The notes beneath the pieces were generated by a model. The model had not been told where the DNA came from, did no database searches, and was given only the letters and a program-made list of their open reading frames with translations. A stretch of DNA of 64,000 nucleotides from Octopus bimaculoides (taxonomy: Eukaryota): assembly GCF_001194135.2 (NCBI RefSeq), contig NC_068983.1, positions 142,004,186 to 142,068,185 of the forward strand. The letters run 5' to 3'. The position numbers were made by a program, and so were the translations under genes. Within the stretch, counting starts at the first letter, position 1. Every line of letters starts with the position of its first letter. Of the stretch, positions 38,286-49,722 are shown in pieces.

Positions 38286-38690
38286 TTATCATCATCATCA
38301 TCATCATCATCATCGTTTAACATCTGTTTTCCATGCTGGCATGGGCTGGATGGTTTGACTGAGGTCTGGAGAGCCAGCAGCTGCAAAAGGCTCCAATCTG
38401 ATCTGGCAATTATTCTACAGCTGGATGTCCTTCCTAACGCCAACCATTCCAAGAGTGTAGTGGGTGCTTTTTGTGCCACTGACACATGAGCCAGCAATGA
38501 TGGCGTTCAGATGGTCCTTTTTACGTGCCACCAGTATGGGAGCCAGTCTGGGGGTACAGGCATCAGCCACATTCAGTTGGTGCTTTTTACGTGCCACCGG
38601 TACGAGAGCCAGTCAGGGGCACCGGCCCCAGCTACGATATTGGTTTTACTTGACTCAGTAGATCTTCTCAAGCATATCATATCACCCGAC
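38286..38690 (-). mobile_element. RTE LINE 3' end (family A), intronic
   Basis: (CAT)n tail, CCATGCTGGCATGG hairpin, tandem TTTTACGTGCCACC units. Confidence 0.82.
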
Positions 38691-39185
38691 ACATCTGGGG
38701 TATTCTTAAAAGGACATGTGTGGCTGCAATCTCACTTTAGTGACTGTATACACATTAAATATTGTATCGGCTAACTTGATATGGAAGGTCATTTTGTAAC
38801 CAGTGTTCTCAAAATAATACCATGTGTTGTGCACCTAGTTTAATCAGATTTATTAATTACTCTGGTCTTCAAATTTTTCTTCGTTACCTCCTTAAAAATT
38901 TCATCATAAATATCCATGTGTTTTCTTAAACATAATGCTGGTATGTTTTGCATATTAAAAGGTGGGTGGATGGCAGAATCAGTAGTGCTCTCAAAATGCC
39001 TTTCTATTACATCTTTGTACTTTGAGTTCAAATTCCACTCTGGTTGATTTTGCTTTTTATTCTTCTGGTGGGAAGGAGTCAGCAAAAAATATGCACCAGT
39101 CAAGTATTGCTCCCTCTTTCAAAATTTGTAGCTTTGTGCCTGTATTAGAAATTCTGATGTGTGTACTAATCTTTTCTTCATCCAG

Positions 39186-39242
39186 ATTGGCTCCTATGAT
39201 AAGCAGCTGTGGGAACAATCAGTAGAAAAAAAACTTTATAAG
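39186..39242 (+). CDS. Phtf: PHTF homolog, coding exon 2 (IGSYDKQLWEQSVEKKLYK)
   Basis: TCCAG acceptor, AAG|GTATGT donor, 57 nt, phase 0/0. Matches the PHTF motif IGAYDQQIWEKSIEQ. Confidence 0.93.
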
Positions 39243-39339
39243 GTATGTATTTAACATAGTTCTTTAAACTGATCATTCTAAAATGTTGTTATTAATGTTT
39301 GGCCTATAATAAAGCATTTGCAGCAGTAGTATACCTGAC

Positions 39340-39376
<37 letters not shown>

Positions 39377-39386
39377 NNNNNNNNNN

Positions 39387-39422
<36 letters not shown>

Positions 39423-40489
39423 AAAATAGAATTAAAAACATGAGCACATATATGTTTATTATTAATAGCCAGTAGAAGTTACAGAGCAACTCAAGAGCCA
39501 AGAGTTACATGTGTTGCCAACACATTTATCTCTCACCCCTTGAGTTACTCTGTAACTTTTGTTGATTATTAAAACTAAAATGTATGTAATATATACACAG
39601 TGCTTGCACACACACATATACATACAAACATAGATATTACTGTAACTATTTCTATACTTAAAGTGCTCTTGGTTATAATTTTGCCAGAGTTAAATTTTTT
39701 TATCTTTTTACATCAGCGTAAGATTAATTCAATGGACTACTTTAACCCAGAGAAAAAAATTTCTCTATTATCTCTCATCCAGACTTGATTCTTGTATTTG
39801 TTATTTCAGTGACAATGCAGTTGAGATGGCTTTTATTTTTAGTTATTCTTTTTTAAATATTGTTTCCATCCATTTTAATATTGGTGATGTATTTTGATAT
39901 ATTTGTACATACTGTTTAAAGAATTGTTCGCAGAAAACATTCTCATTTATTTATTAACCCTTGGTCTCTGCTTAGAATTCTGAAGTGCAACTAGTTGTAA
40001 AATCTAGCTTTGCCATACATATTCCTGCCTTTCTATAGATGATGTGAGGAGATCAGTCAAGTAGATTTGCTTAACCAATACAAAATAGAAAATTAGCCAT
40101 TAAATGAAATGATAAAAAAAATGATATCATGTCTGTCAAATTGGGCCATTCTCTAACAAAAAGGGCTTCATTTAGAAAGTGCTTTTGCATTCAGAAAATG
40201 GAGAAAATGACATTGACCAAAACAGAAGATTTGCTAAAACTGAAATCATGTAGAATGTTATTGGCTGTAAAACATTGCTGTCATTTTTATATAAATTTGT
40301 TTCATGATAATAATTGGACATGTTAACCTAATCTTCGACAGCACAAAAACAGAATTGCTAAACATATCAAGAAAACAGTCTTATACCATCAGTAAATTAT
40401 TGGTATGCTGACAGGAGAAGGCCTGCAACATGACTATTAATGAACATCATACAAATGTTAGGCCTCATAATCAGTAATATTGTTAAAAC

Positions 40490-40830
40490 TTCACCCCGCA
40501 AACCATTCTTCTTCTTTAGGGTCACGAAATATTTCAGTTCTGATCAGTTGCTGACTCTCTATAAAGCACAAATAAGATTCACATTAGAGTATAACTCATA
40601 TATCTGGAACAGTGTCTTCTGCAATAGTTCCAGGTTAACCAACCTTATGACTGAAATTTGGTTGATGGAAACTGCATGACAGCACATCACAGTTCTTATT
40701 CTCAGACTATATTCAAAAGGAAGACTTTTAAGTGATTGGCTATGATTTCATTACCAACAGGATTCAACAATGAGCCCTTAGATGTTTCTTTTCTCTCTTT
40801 CTAACCACATGCCAATGACTTTTGCTTTTT
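40490..40830 (+). mobile_element. CR1-like LINE ORF2 C-terminal fragment
   Basis: FFFRVTKYFSSDQLLTLYKAQIRFTLEYNSYIW matches the CR1 LLxLYKAQIRPxLEYxxxxW motif. Confidence 0.7.
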
Positions 40831-41370
40831 TTTTTTTTAATCTAGCTATGTGTGTACGCTATCAACTCGAGTTTACTTGATTGGGTATTTCTCTCCCTTT
40901 CATCTTTGTGTTTTTCTTCTCTGGCCCTTTCATTGAATGCTGCCTCAGTCTGGAAATCCCACCCCATGCATGTTTTCATCAGGATATCAACCTGCAGAAG
41001 TTCAAACTGAATGCCAATCTCATAAGTCAGAGAAGACCAGCGAAAACCATGAGTTCTTACTCTGTCTTCCTTTCACCTGCTGCTGCTGATGATAAGTTAG
41101 GCCCATGGCCAACAATTTTAGTGGAATGGGGTTAGTCAGTTAGATTGACTCCAGTAAATTGCTCTTAGCTGAGTTCTATTAGTCTAATTTGACTGAGCAA
41201 TTTCCAAGATGTTTGATTGGCTTAATGAAACTTCTTAGGAATAACTCACAAGTCTGGTACTCTGTATATGCTACCATATTTCATGTGTGTTTCAGTCAAC
41301 TTTTTTTGGATTAACATTCTTATTCTACCAGCTGTTTTTTTTTTTTATCAGTAGGCTGTTTTAAAGTTAA

Positions 41371-41620
41371 TCATCATCATCATCATCATTTAACGTCTGC
41401 TTTCCATGCTAGCATGGGTTGGATGATTTGACTGAGGACTGGTGAACCAGGTGGCTACACCAGGCTCCAATCTGATTTGGCAGAGTTTCTACAGCTGGAT
41501 GCCCTTCCTAACGCCAACCACTCTGAGAGTGTAGTGGGTGCCTTTACGTGCCACCGGCACGAAGGCCAGTCAGGCGGTACTGGCAATGGCCATGCTCAAA
41601 ATGGTGTATTTTACGTGTGC
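41371..41620 (-). mobile_element. RTE LINE 3' end (family A), intronic
   Basis: Near-identical to 8637-8880. Confidence 0.88.
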
Positions 41621-42954
41621 AAATGGAAGTTGTTTTGAAATAGTTCTTGGCGTCCCTTATATAAGGTTTAGATGCTATAATGTGCCTTCAGTAATATTCT
41701 CACTCATACAAGAAAACCAATGTATTTCCCGCTGCTAGTCACATACAGACCTGTAATTGAAGTTTCTCTCTGTTTTGCAACCTTGACACTGGTTTTTATC
41801 TGATTAATTACAACTACTGCAACCTGATACCAGTAATTATCTTCAGATATTTTTTATCATTTCATATCTTTATCATTCAACATCTGATCAGAAGCTATTC
41901 TCTTGCAGATGGTTTTGGAAAGAGAGCAATGTATGTAGCCTGCTAGTCTTAAACTCAGTTGAAATGCTTTAAAGAAAAAAAGATAAAACAAAAAAAAAAA
42001 AACAAGTAATTAAAACGAGACAGTTTATCAAACATTACTGCTATGATTTGGCTAGTCTACCTTAGAAGTGACATAATAAGAAAGGGGTCAAGTATAGGAT
42101 GTCTGTATGCTTATGTATGTGTTTGTGTAAATATTGATGTATACATGTATCTTATGACAGTAGATTTAACCTCAGCTGACGTCTTTTTTGCTAGATATAT
42201 TTGCTATACACTCCTTGTAGTTTTGTAAATAACTCTCTCATTCCAATTTCTTGATATCCCTCCCTCCCTACCACTGTCTGTTGGTCTCTCTCTGTATATC
42301 CCACTTATTCTCTCTTCCTTCCGTTCTCATTTTACGTTATTCTCTTGACACTTGTTGAATCCTTACAGGAACTAGGAAGGCTAAATATTCAGAGCCAAAT
42401 ATTAGCCATGTCCTATTTATGGCCACCACTTACCTAAATTGTTTAGTGTGTTTTTTTTTGTTTATTAGTTAGTTAATAATACCAATGATATAAATGTAAG
42501 TTAAAAGAAATGTCTTAAATATGAAGATGCAGGCTTTCATGGTAGGTTAGCATTTCTCGATTTCATTTTCAGTTAAGAAAAAAATCAAATAAAAACTAAA
42601 AAAGAAAAAGCCATTTCTAAATTGTCTACATTATTTTATGCTTTGTATAAGTGTGCATGCTTCTTTTTCTTTAACACTTTATGTAGAATATGTTTTTTTT
42701 GTTTATAGTTACATGTATATATGTTAATGTACACATGCAAGTCACGTTAACTATTCTTATTTTCGTAACTCTCAAGGATAAATTTTATTACATAAGTTTT
42801 ATTTAATCTAGATTTACTCTGTTGCTTGTCTACATGAACTACGTGGTTCATTTTTAGTTTGACGGCAAATTATGATTTCTTTAAAAATAATAATGTTTAT
42901 TGATATCTAATAAAATTTATTTGTGATTAAAAAATTAGTTAGCTCTGTACAACT

Positions 42955-43030
42955 CTTCTTCTTCTTCTTCTTCTTCTTTTTCTTCTTTTTCTTCTTCTTC
43001 TTCTTCTTCTTCTTCTTCTTCTTCTTCTTC
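42955..43030. repeat. (CTT)n microsatellite
   Basis: Read directly. Explains the poly-Phe pseudo-ORF. Confidence 0.97.
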
Positions 43031-43799
43031 ATTAATAATGACAGTAATTTACAGTTAAGTTTAATCCGTTACTACATAATGCTATCTATCTGTTCAACGC
43101 TGTCTACCATATATAGAAACAGTTCTTCAAAATATGGAGCTTGTTTCTGTTTAGATTTTAACATTTCTCAGTTTTATTTCATTTCTGCTGATTTCAATCT
43201 CATTGCATTTATGAGTGTCGTTAATTTTTATTTTTGGTCATTATCATATTTGTGATTGGTATTACCGCCAAGCATAGACACACATACATGTATACACACA
43301 CATACATGTATAGACACACACACAAACTTGTTTTACAGAACTTATTTCTTACATGTCTCTCCTACATCTAAAAAGCAAAATAAGATTTGAACCAGTGTGT
43401 GTGCATCTATATGTATGTGTCATTATCATTTAACATCCATGTTCCATGCTATATAATGTATGTGTATCTGTATGTATATATATATATATGTGTGTGTGTG
43501 TGAGTGTATAAAAAGGTTGAATTAGATTTGTCCTTTAATTTGGAGGTTTCCAAAAATGATTTCTAGTATGCTGATAGCTTACCGGCATAAATTTGTGAAT
43601 ATGAAAATAATACTTGTATATGATGTGTTGTGAATTTATGGAAAGAAATCCTGTAAAACTCAATGATTTTGTTAAAAATGGAGATGTTAAAATATATAAG
43701 AGAACTTATATATTTTAACATTTTCTCTTCTCCATTTAAAAAAAAAATTGTTGAGTTTTATGGGATTTCTTTCCATAAATTCACAACACACCATATACA

Positions 43800-43855
<56 letters not shown>

Positions 43856-44052
43856 GGTTATGAGAGGTAATGGTGTCAGTAAGACCCAAAGGTATCAGGT
43901 AATGTTGAGTAAGTGCTATGGATAGACCATAGTTAAGCTCCAGGTTCGGTGATTATGCGAATAAGGAGTCCAACGTAGGTCATATATCAGCGTGCGTATA
44001 TATAAAAAATTTTTTTCAGAATGAGATAAAAAAATCAAGGTTGTGAAGAAGG

Positions 44053-44473
44053 ACCCACTACACTCTCGGAGTGGTTGGCATTAGGAAGGGCATCTAACTA
44101 TAGAATCCTTGCTAGATCAGATTGGAGCCTGGTGCAGCCTCCCGGCTTTCCAGTCCTCAGTCAGACTGTCCAACCCATGCCGGCATGGAAAGCAGGCATT
44201 AAACAATGAAGATATATATAATGTATGGGTGTGTGTGTATATCATCATCATCATCATCATCGTTTAACATCCGCTTTCCATGCTCGCATGGGTTGGACGA
44301 TTTGACTGAGGACTGGTGAAACCGGATGGCAACACCAGGCTCCAGTCTAATTTGGCAGAGTTTCTACAGCTGGATGCCCTTCCTAACGCCAACCACTCAG
44401 AGAGTGTAGTGGGTGCTTTTACGTGTCACCCGCACGAAAACGGCCACGCTCGAAATGATGTCTTTTATGTGCC
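44053..44473. mobile_element. Tail-to-tail pair of RTE family A 3' ends (+ 44053-44212, - 44240-44473)
   Basis: Two ~160 bp homologous arms in inverted orientation, separated by ~30 nt of TA/GT microsatellite. Confidence 0.88.
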
Positions 44474-45039
44474 NNNNNNNNNNNNNNNNNNNNNNNNNNN
44501 NNNNNNNNNNNNNNNNNNNNNNNNNNNNNNNNNNNNNNNNNNNNNNNNNNNNNNNNNNNNNNNNNNNNNNNNNNNNNNNNNNNNNNNNNNNNNNNNNNNN
44601 NNNNNNNNNNNNNNNNNNNNNNNNNNNNNNNNNNNNNNNNNNNNNNNNNNNNNNNNNNNNNNNNNNNNNNNNNNNNNNNNNNATGATATGATATATATAT
44701 ATATATATATGTATAACGTGAGAGAGTTAGGGGTTGGGGGTTCGACCCACTAAGGGATAGTATCTATCCAGTATACTGCTGGGAGGGTACCCAATTATTG
44801 CTACACTAGTGCTATACTAAGTGCAATCAATGGGAGCAGGTAAAAGTGGAGGTTTTACCCCAAATTTGTATAACAATTAGAAAATGGAGGATAATATGCT
44901 GAACCCAACTACTTGCAGACGATGTAACCCGTTGAATTCATTAATTTAATTCATAGCAAAAGTGACAAAAAAAAGAAAGAAAAAGAAAGAAAGAACCAAA
45001 GCACAGGTGTCTATGGCAGACTATGTTATTTTGCCAACC

Positions 45040-45570
45040 TATCTGAGAAAAAGTTATTGAAAATCACCTGGCAAGACAAGGTCCCAGACACAGGTCTTCT
45101 CTCAAGCTAATCTGCCAAGCATTTATACACTGCTGACGATTGCAGGTCAGGTGGGCAGTCTACCTTGTTTGAATGTATGACACATGACTACCCAAAAGAC
45201 TGTTTTACAGTGAATTGGCAGATGGCAGATGATAAGGTTGGCAAAAAAATCACTTCAAAGTTACACTAAAGCTTCACTGAAGTGCTTTCTGTTCAACCTC
45301 GGCATCTGGGAACTGCATGGCATAGCTGCACCAACAGAGGTGTCACCTCTCATGAACAGAATAGGACCACAGAAGCACAAAAAAAAAAAAACGTGAGCTG
45401 CACATGTCCAAAGCCAACTCTTTGCCCTCATTCCCAGCCAACCACCAGAGCTCAACCTTCAACAAAACCTTCTGAGCACATATCGGCCTGATCAGCCACA
45501 GCCAGATGCACCGTAACTCATCTTCTCCCATTTGATGTTCTTGGTCATCATTGGGAACAACAAATGAACA
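45040..45570 (+). mobile_element. RTE-BovB-like LINE 3' end with a terminal C2H2-type finger relic
   Basis: Broken frames give LLKITWQDKVPDT, ANLPSIYTLL, LPKRLFYSELADG, TLKASLKCF, STFNKTF*AHIGLISHSQMH. Confidence 0.75.
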
Positions 45571-45580
45571 TTATTATATA

Positions 45581-45629
<49 letters not shown>

Positions 45630-45748
45630 TCAAAAAGGGATAAAAATCTTTTACAAGAATTTTATCAGGAAGCCAGTGTGTAAAAAAAATTCATACGGGA
45701 AATTTCTATTCCCAAGAATATAATTATTCGTTTAATACTATGAACAAT

Positions 45749-45810
45749 ACTATGCTGATGAGCGGAGTCTAGATTAATTCTAGTAATCGCGAAATCGGTC
45801 GATACATAGT
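45749..45810 (+). ncRNA. Type I hammerhead ribozyme motif (intronic, sense strand of Phtf)
   Basis: Stem I ACTATG/CATAGT (6 bp), core CTGATGA 45755-45761, stem II GCG/CGC with inner CTAGA/TCTAG, GAAA 45791-45794, stem III (A)TCG/CGA(T), cleavage triplet ATA 45802-45804. Confidence 0.85.
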
Positions 45811-46289
45811 TTAATACTAAATGTGTTTATTTTAGGAAGTCCAGTGTGTGGCATTATTCTGTAGTAATGCCCCTTATATAAATATAAACGAATATATATA
45901 TATGAATCATAAGGATTCAATAGAACCATGGCACATTAACATGTAGGATGCTTGAAATGGCTAGGTACAATAACATAAAGTTCACAGTGAGGTAAACAAC
46001 TCAGTTGAAAATAATGAGAAACAAAGACTCTAATCAGGGAGATGGTACATATGTTTAGCTAGTTAAAAAAATATAAGCAACGCAACAAACTAACCTTCTC
46101 CATGGTAGTTATGGTAAAAACTGCATGCTGGGATCAGGTGCCCTTTTCTCTCCATGCTGTCAGACATGCCTACAATAGCAATCCCCAACAGATCCTTGGT
46201 GCTGTGACACCACTTCCCAGCACAAATCCTCAGATGCAAGTTTTGAGCTTTCAAGTCAAGGAGGTCATATCATGTTAGAGGTGGAGAAT

Positions 46290-46600
46290 CACATAGTTCT
46301 CTCAGGTCTTACCTAATATGGACTGCCATTTCCTCATCACATAGAACTTGTATTTGATGTTTATCATTCACTGTATTGCTGATAGGGGATTCTGCTACTA
46401 GAGCTTGGTGATGGTCCTCATCAACTTGCTGGGTTTGTCACTGATGATGTTTTGGACCTGCTGGACAAACCCAGCCATCCTAAAGACATCTGATTACTAA
46501 GAATTTTTGTCTTGGCCATGGGTAAGCCATCCTTGCCAGAGGTCTTCAGCTCTTTCCTGATCCTTGGCACAAAGGACCTTCCCATGTTCAAAAAGTTGGC
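46290..46600 (-). mobile_element. maT/Tc1-like transposase N-terminal relic
   Basis: Minus-strand GFVQQVQNIISDKPSKLMRTITKL and IKYKFYVMRKWQ resemble the maT HTH region. Heavily broken. Confidence 0.5.
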
Positions 46601-47814
46601 AGTCTCTGAATTGATTTAACAGACTGTTGGAGCTGTAACCTCTGTGTATCTCTTTGCTTTATTGATGCTGCTGATATAGCTGAAAGAGAAATGAGTGAGT
46701 TAAAACTTGGTACATGTCATGGCAAATTACGTGAGATTGTCTCTCACTTATGGCCTGTTAAGGTTTTTTCAGCCTCAGGCTGACTAAAGCTTTGTGAGTA
46801 AATTTAGTTGACAAAAACTGTACAGGAGTCTGCTGAATGTGTGTGTGTAGGTGTGTGCTTGTACACCCTTGTCCTGACATCTTGTAAACAAACATCACTG
46901 TTATGTAAAGCATATTTGGCCATGGAAAATATACAGTTCCTTACTTGGCAACAGGAAGGGCATCTGGGTGTAGAAAAGTTATCTCAACAAATTTTGTCTG
47001 ACCCATGGAAGCATGAAAATGGGGGCATTAAATGATTATGATATATTACATATATAAATTACAATTTTTTTTTTTTCCATCATCATTTTTCTATTCTTTT
47101 CTATCCTGGTGCGGATTAGATAAGACTTCTTGAGCAATATTTCACAGTACATGGCCTTTCTGATGCCAACCCTTACTTGATTTCAAGTTAGGTATTTTAT
47201 TTTAGAGCTGTTTGCATATCAAAGTGCTGAACAAGATGTTTTGTTTATGGGCGTTGTAGACAAAGATTATCACTGCCCGAGTGAAGACCAACATGCACAG
47301 GTACACGCAAACACACAAACTCACAATTTACTTCAGTGGTTTCCACTGACTAAATTTCACTCACAAGACATTGGTTAACCAAAGACCATATTAGAAAACA
47401 CTTTTTCAAGGTGCTCTTCATTTAGATCAAACACAAAACCATTTGCTTATGAAGCCATACCTTTTTCTACCGCATATGCATATGTGTGTATAAAACCCTA
47501 TTTGTAAATTGAGAGAAAAACACATGGGCTCAATGTGTTATAAAGTAGTACATACATCTAGTAATCATGAGATATGTGGTTCAGTTTCCATCAGTAGGTG
47601 CATTGTTTTACATACACATTTCCAACTAAAGCAGGTTAATTTTTTTCATGTAAATTTTGCATTTGTTCTCAGTTGGAAATATTTTATGGTACATCTTTAT
47701 ACCTTTGGAAAGTGCATGACCAAGAAACATTGCCTTTTATTGATTTGTTTTTTTTTTTTACAATTCCTAAATTTCTTGCCTATATAAGATTTATTTTTCT
47801 CTGTCTTTTTTTAG

Positions 47815-47884
47815 TCAATAAATAATGTTCCTCGTAGAATTGGTCGGATGAAGACAGAATTCATAGATGTTGACTTGGTGCGAG
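47815..47884 (+). CDS. Phtf: PHTF homolog, coding exon 3 (SINNVPRRIGRMKTEFIDVDLVRG)
   Basis: Poly-T TTAG acceptor, GAG|GTAAGA donor, 70 nt, phase 0/1. Matches the PHTF motif DLIDVDLIRG. Confidence 0.95.
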
Positions 47885-48499
47885 GTAAGAGTAATTAAAT
47901 GCTAAGAGAAATGAATTTTATTGTGTCAGTAGCAGAACTCTCTGTAAAGGCTTTGGTTATTTTGTGCATGCTACATAGCTGAAATATTAAACAAAGATTT
48001 GAACATTTAGCTTTTCTCAGATCAGCAAATAAAATCTTTTCTGTCAGTTCTACTGTCTAAACAGCCTAGTTAACAACTGGGGTGTCACAGCCAGGCACTG
48101 AGAATGCTGCAGTATATTACTCTAGATATATCTCATCTGACTTGAAACCATTGTTCTTCTTTCACTTGTCATTCTTATTCTGGTTGAATACTGCTGTAGA
48201 ATATGCCAGAGACTTAATCCCTTACATAAAAAAGACTATGCAGTTTGTTTGTGACTGGATTCTTTCTAATGAAAGTGTTAAAAAATGTCATAGTTGTCTT
48301 TACTATTTACCTTATTGCTTTGCTGGTGTTTGGAGTACAATAAAGCAGGGTTGTAGAGCATCACTAATTTCTAAAGACTTAAATTGGTTTTTTTTTTATC
48401 TAAGTATTTATGTCAATTAAATGTAAATCAATTTTCATCTTTAAATATAAAGTTAATCATCCCCTAAGTCATTATTGTTTAATTTTCTGTTTCATTCAG

Positions 48500-48596
48500 G
48501 CTCTACATTCACTAAAGCTAAGCCCCAAGTTCCTTGGACAAGGATTACTCAACGTGCTGTGTTACGAGTAATGTTTTTCCCACTCTATTACAAATG
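48500..48596 (+). CDS. Phtf: PHTF homolog, coding exon 4 (GSTFTKAKPQVPWTRITQRAVLRVMFFPLYYKW)
   Basis: TTCAG acceptor, ATG|GTGAGT donor, 97 nt, phase 1/2. Matches GSTFAKAKPEIPW...RVVFFPLF. Confidence 0.95.
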
Positions 48597-49607
48597 GTGA
48601 GTTTTTTCGGTATCTATTTTCATGACACAAGATACATTTTAGTTTATCATCCTCTCTGGACAAAGTCACCAGCTTCATTTTTCTGTATTCAAAGCAATAC
48701 ACGGGTTGGCATGGTACCTTGATCATCTTTAAAGTATTCCAAGTTTTTGTTCTTTCCAATTTTATCTTGTTTAAGAGCTGCAGCTGGCCAATTATCAGCT
48801 GATGTGTCAATGGTTTGTATCTCATGTTTGACCTGCTGTATCTGTCATAAATACACTCAGTGCTGAAATGCCTCACTTCAATTGTTATAATATAGATATC
48901 TTCAATATAGCATGACATAATTCTGTAAGTAGTGAGTGTATTGTTTAATTGAAGAGTGTAGTACTGAGTTGAAATTCTCAGAGTGTAGCTTGGAAAGCAA
49001 GGCACTCTTCACACTGATTTTTCTTGGGTACATCAAATGAAAACAATCCTCACGTTATACCCTACCATCTCAAAATTGGTTAAAGATATCCCTTAAGTGA
49101 TTGACTTACTATGATTGATATAATGCATCATTCTGTCGCTTTTCTGTATGATTAAAACTCTTGTACACTTCAGATTATCTTTCAATTATATTGTGTGTAA
49201 TCCATTTTTCTCATAGGGTAAACAAAACAGTCTGTAATAAAATCAGAACCAGGAAATAAAAGTTGAGAGTACTCAAGGAAAGAAAATGAAATCTGCTGTG
49301 GTTAGATTGTTAAAAAAAATTAAGGCTTTTGATAAAGTTAGTAGATAGAAAGCCAGAGTTTTCTGATGGATCTAACCTTGGTAGAGAACAATAGTTGATT
49401 AGTAAAGTTTATATAAGCTTAGTTAATTTTTATACTACTTTAGCAATATTCATGATAGATCCTGTTGAGGGCTATAGAACAAGTGGCCATCTCAGGATAA
49501 ACTAAGCCTGTGACTCAAGTAGGAAGCTTATTCATGTCACATACGCAGCCACCATGTTTGTCATGCCAAATGTTTGTAACAGATTTTTTAACATTTTTTT
49601 TTTTCAG

Positions 49608-49722
49608 GTGGATACAGCAAACATCCAGATCCTTTTGGCTTGCAATGCTTGTTTTGTACACATTCCAACTTGTAGCAATAGTACTTTACATCAGTAATGT
49701 TGGCGAGTACCTGAAAACTGAG
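49608..49722 (+). CDS. Phtf: PHTF homolog, coding exon 5 (WIQQTSRSFWLAMLVLYTFQLVAIVLYISNVGEYLKTE), hydrophobic segment
   Basis: TTTTCAG acceptor, GAG|GTAAGA donor, 115 nt, phase 2/0. Matches WWIQVTS...LLLLYFMQVIAIVLY. Confidence 0.95.

Larger units (their letters stand above)
7929..44682. other. Assembly gaps (N runs) at 7929-8028, 9209-9852, 31610-32215, 39377-39386 and 44474-44682
   Basis: Read directly. All abut microsatellites or repeats. The coordinates span first to last gap only. Confidence 0.98.
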
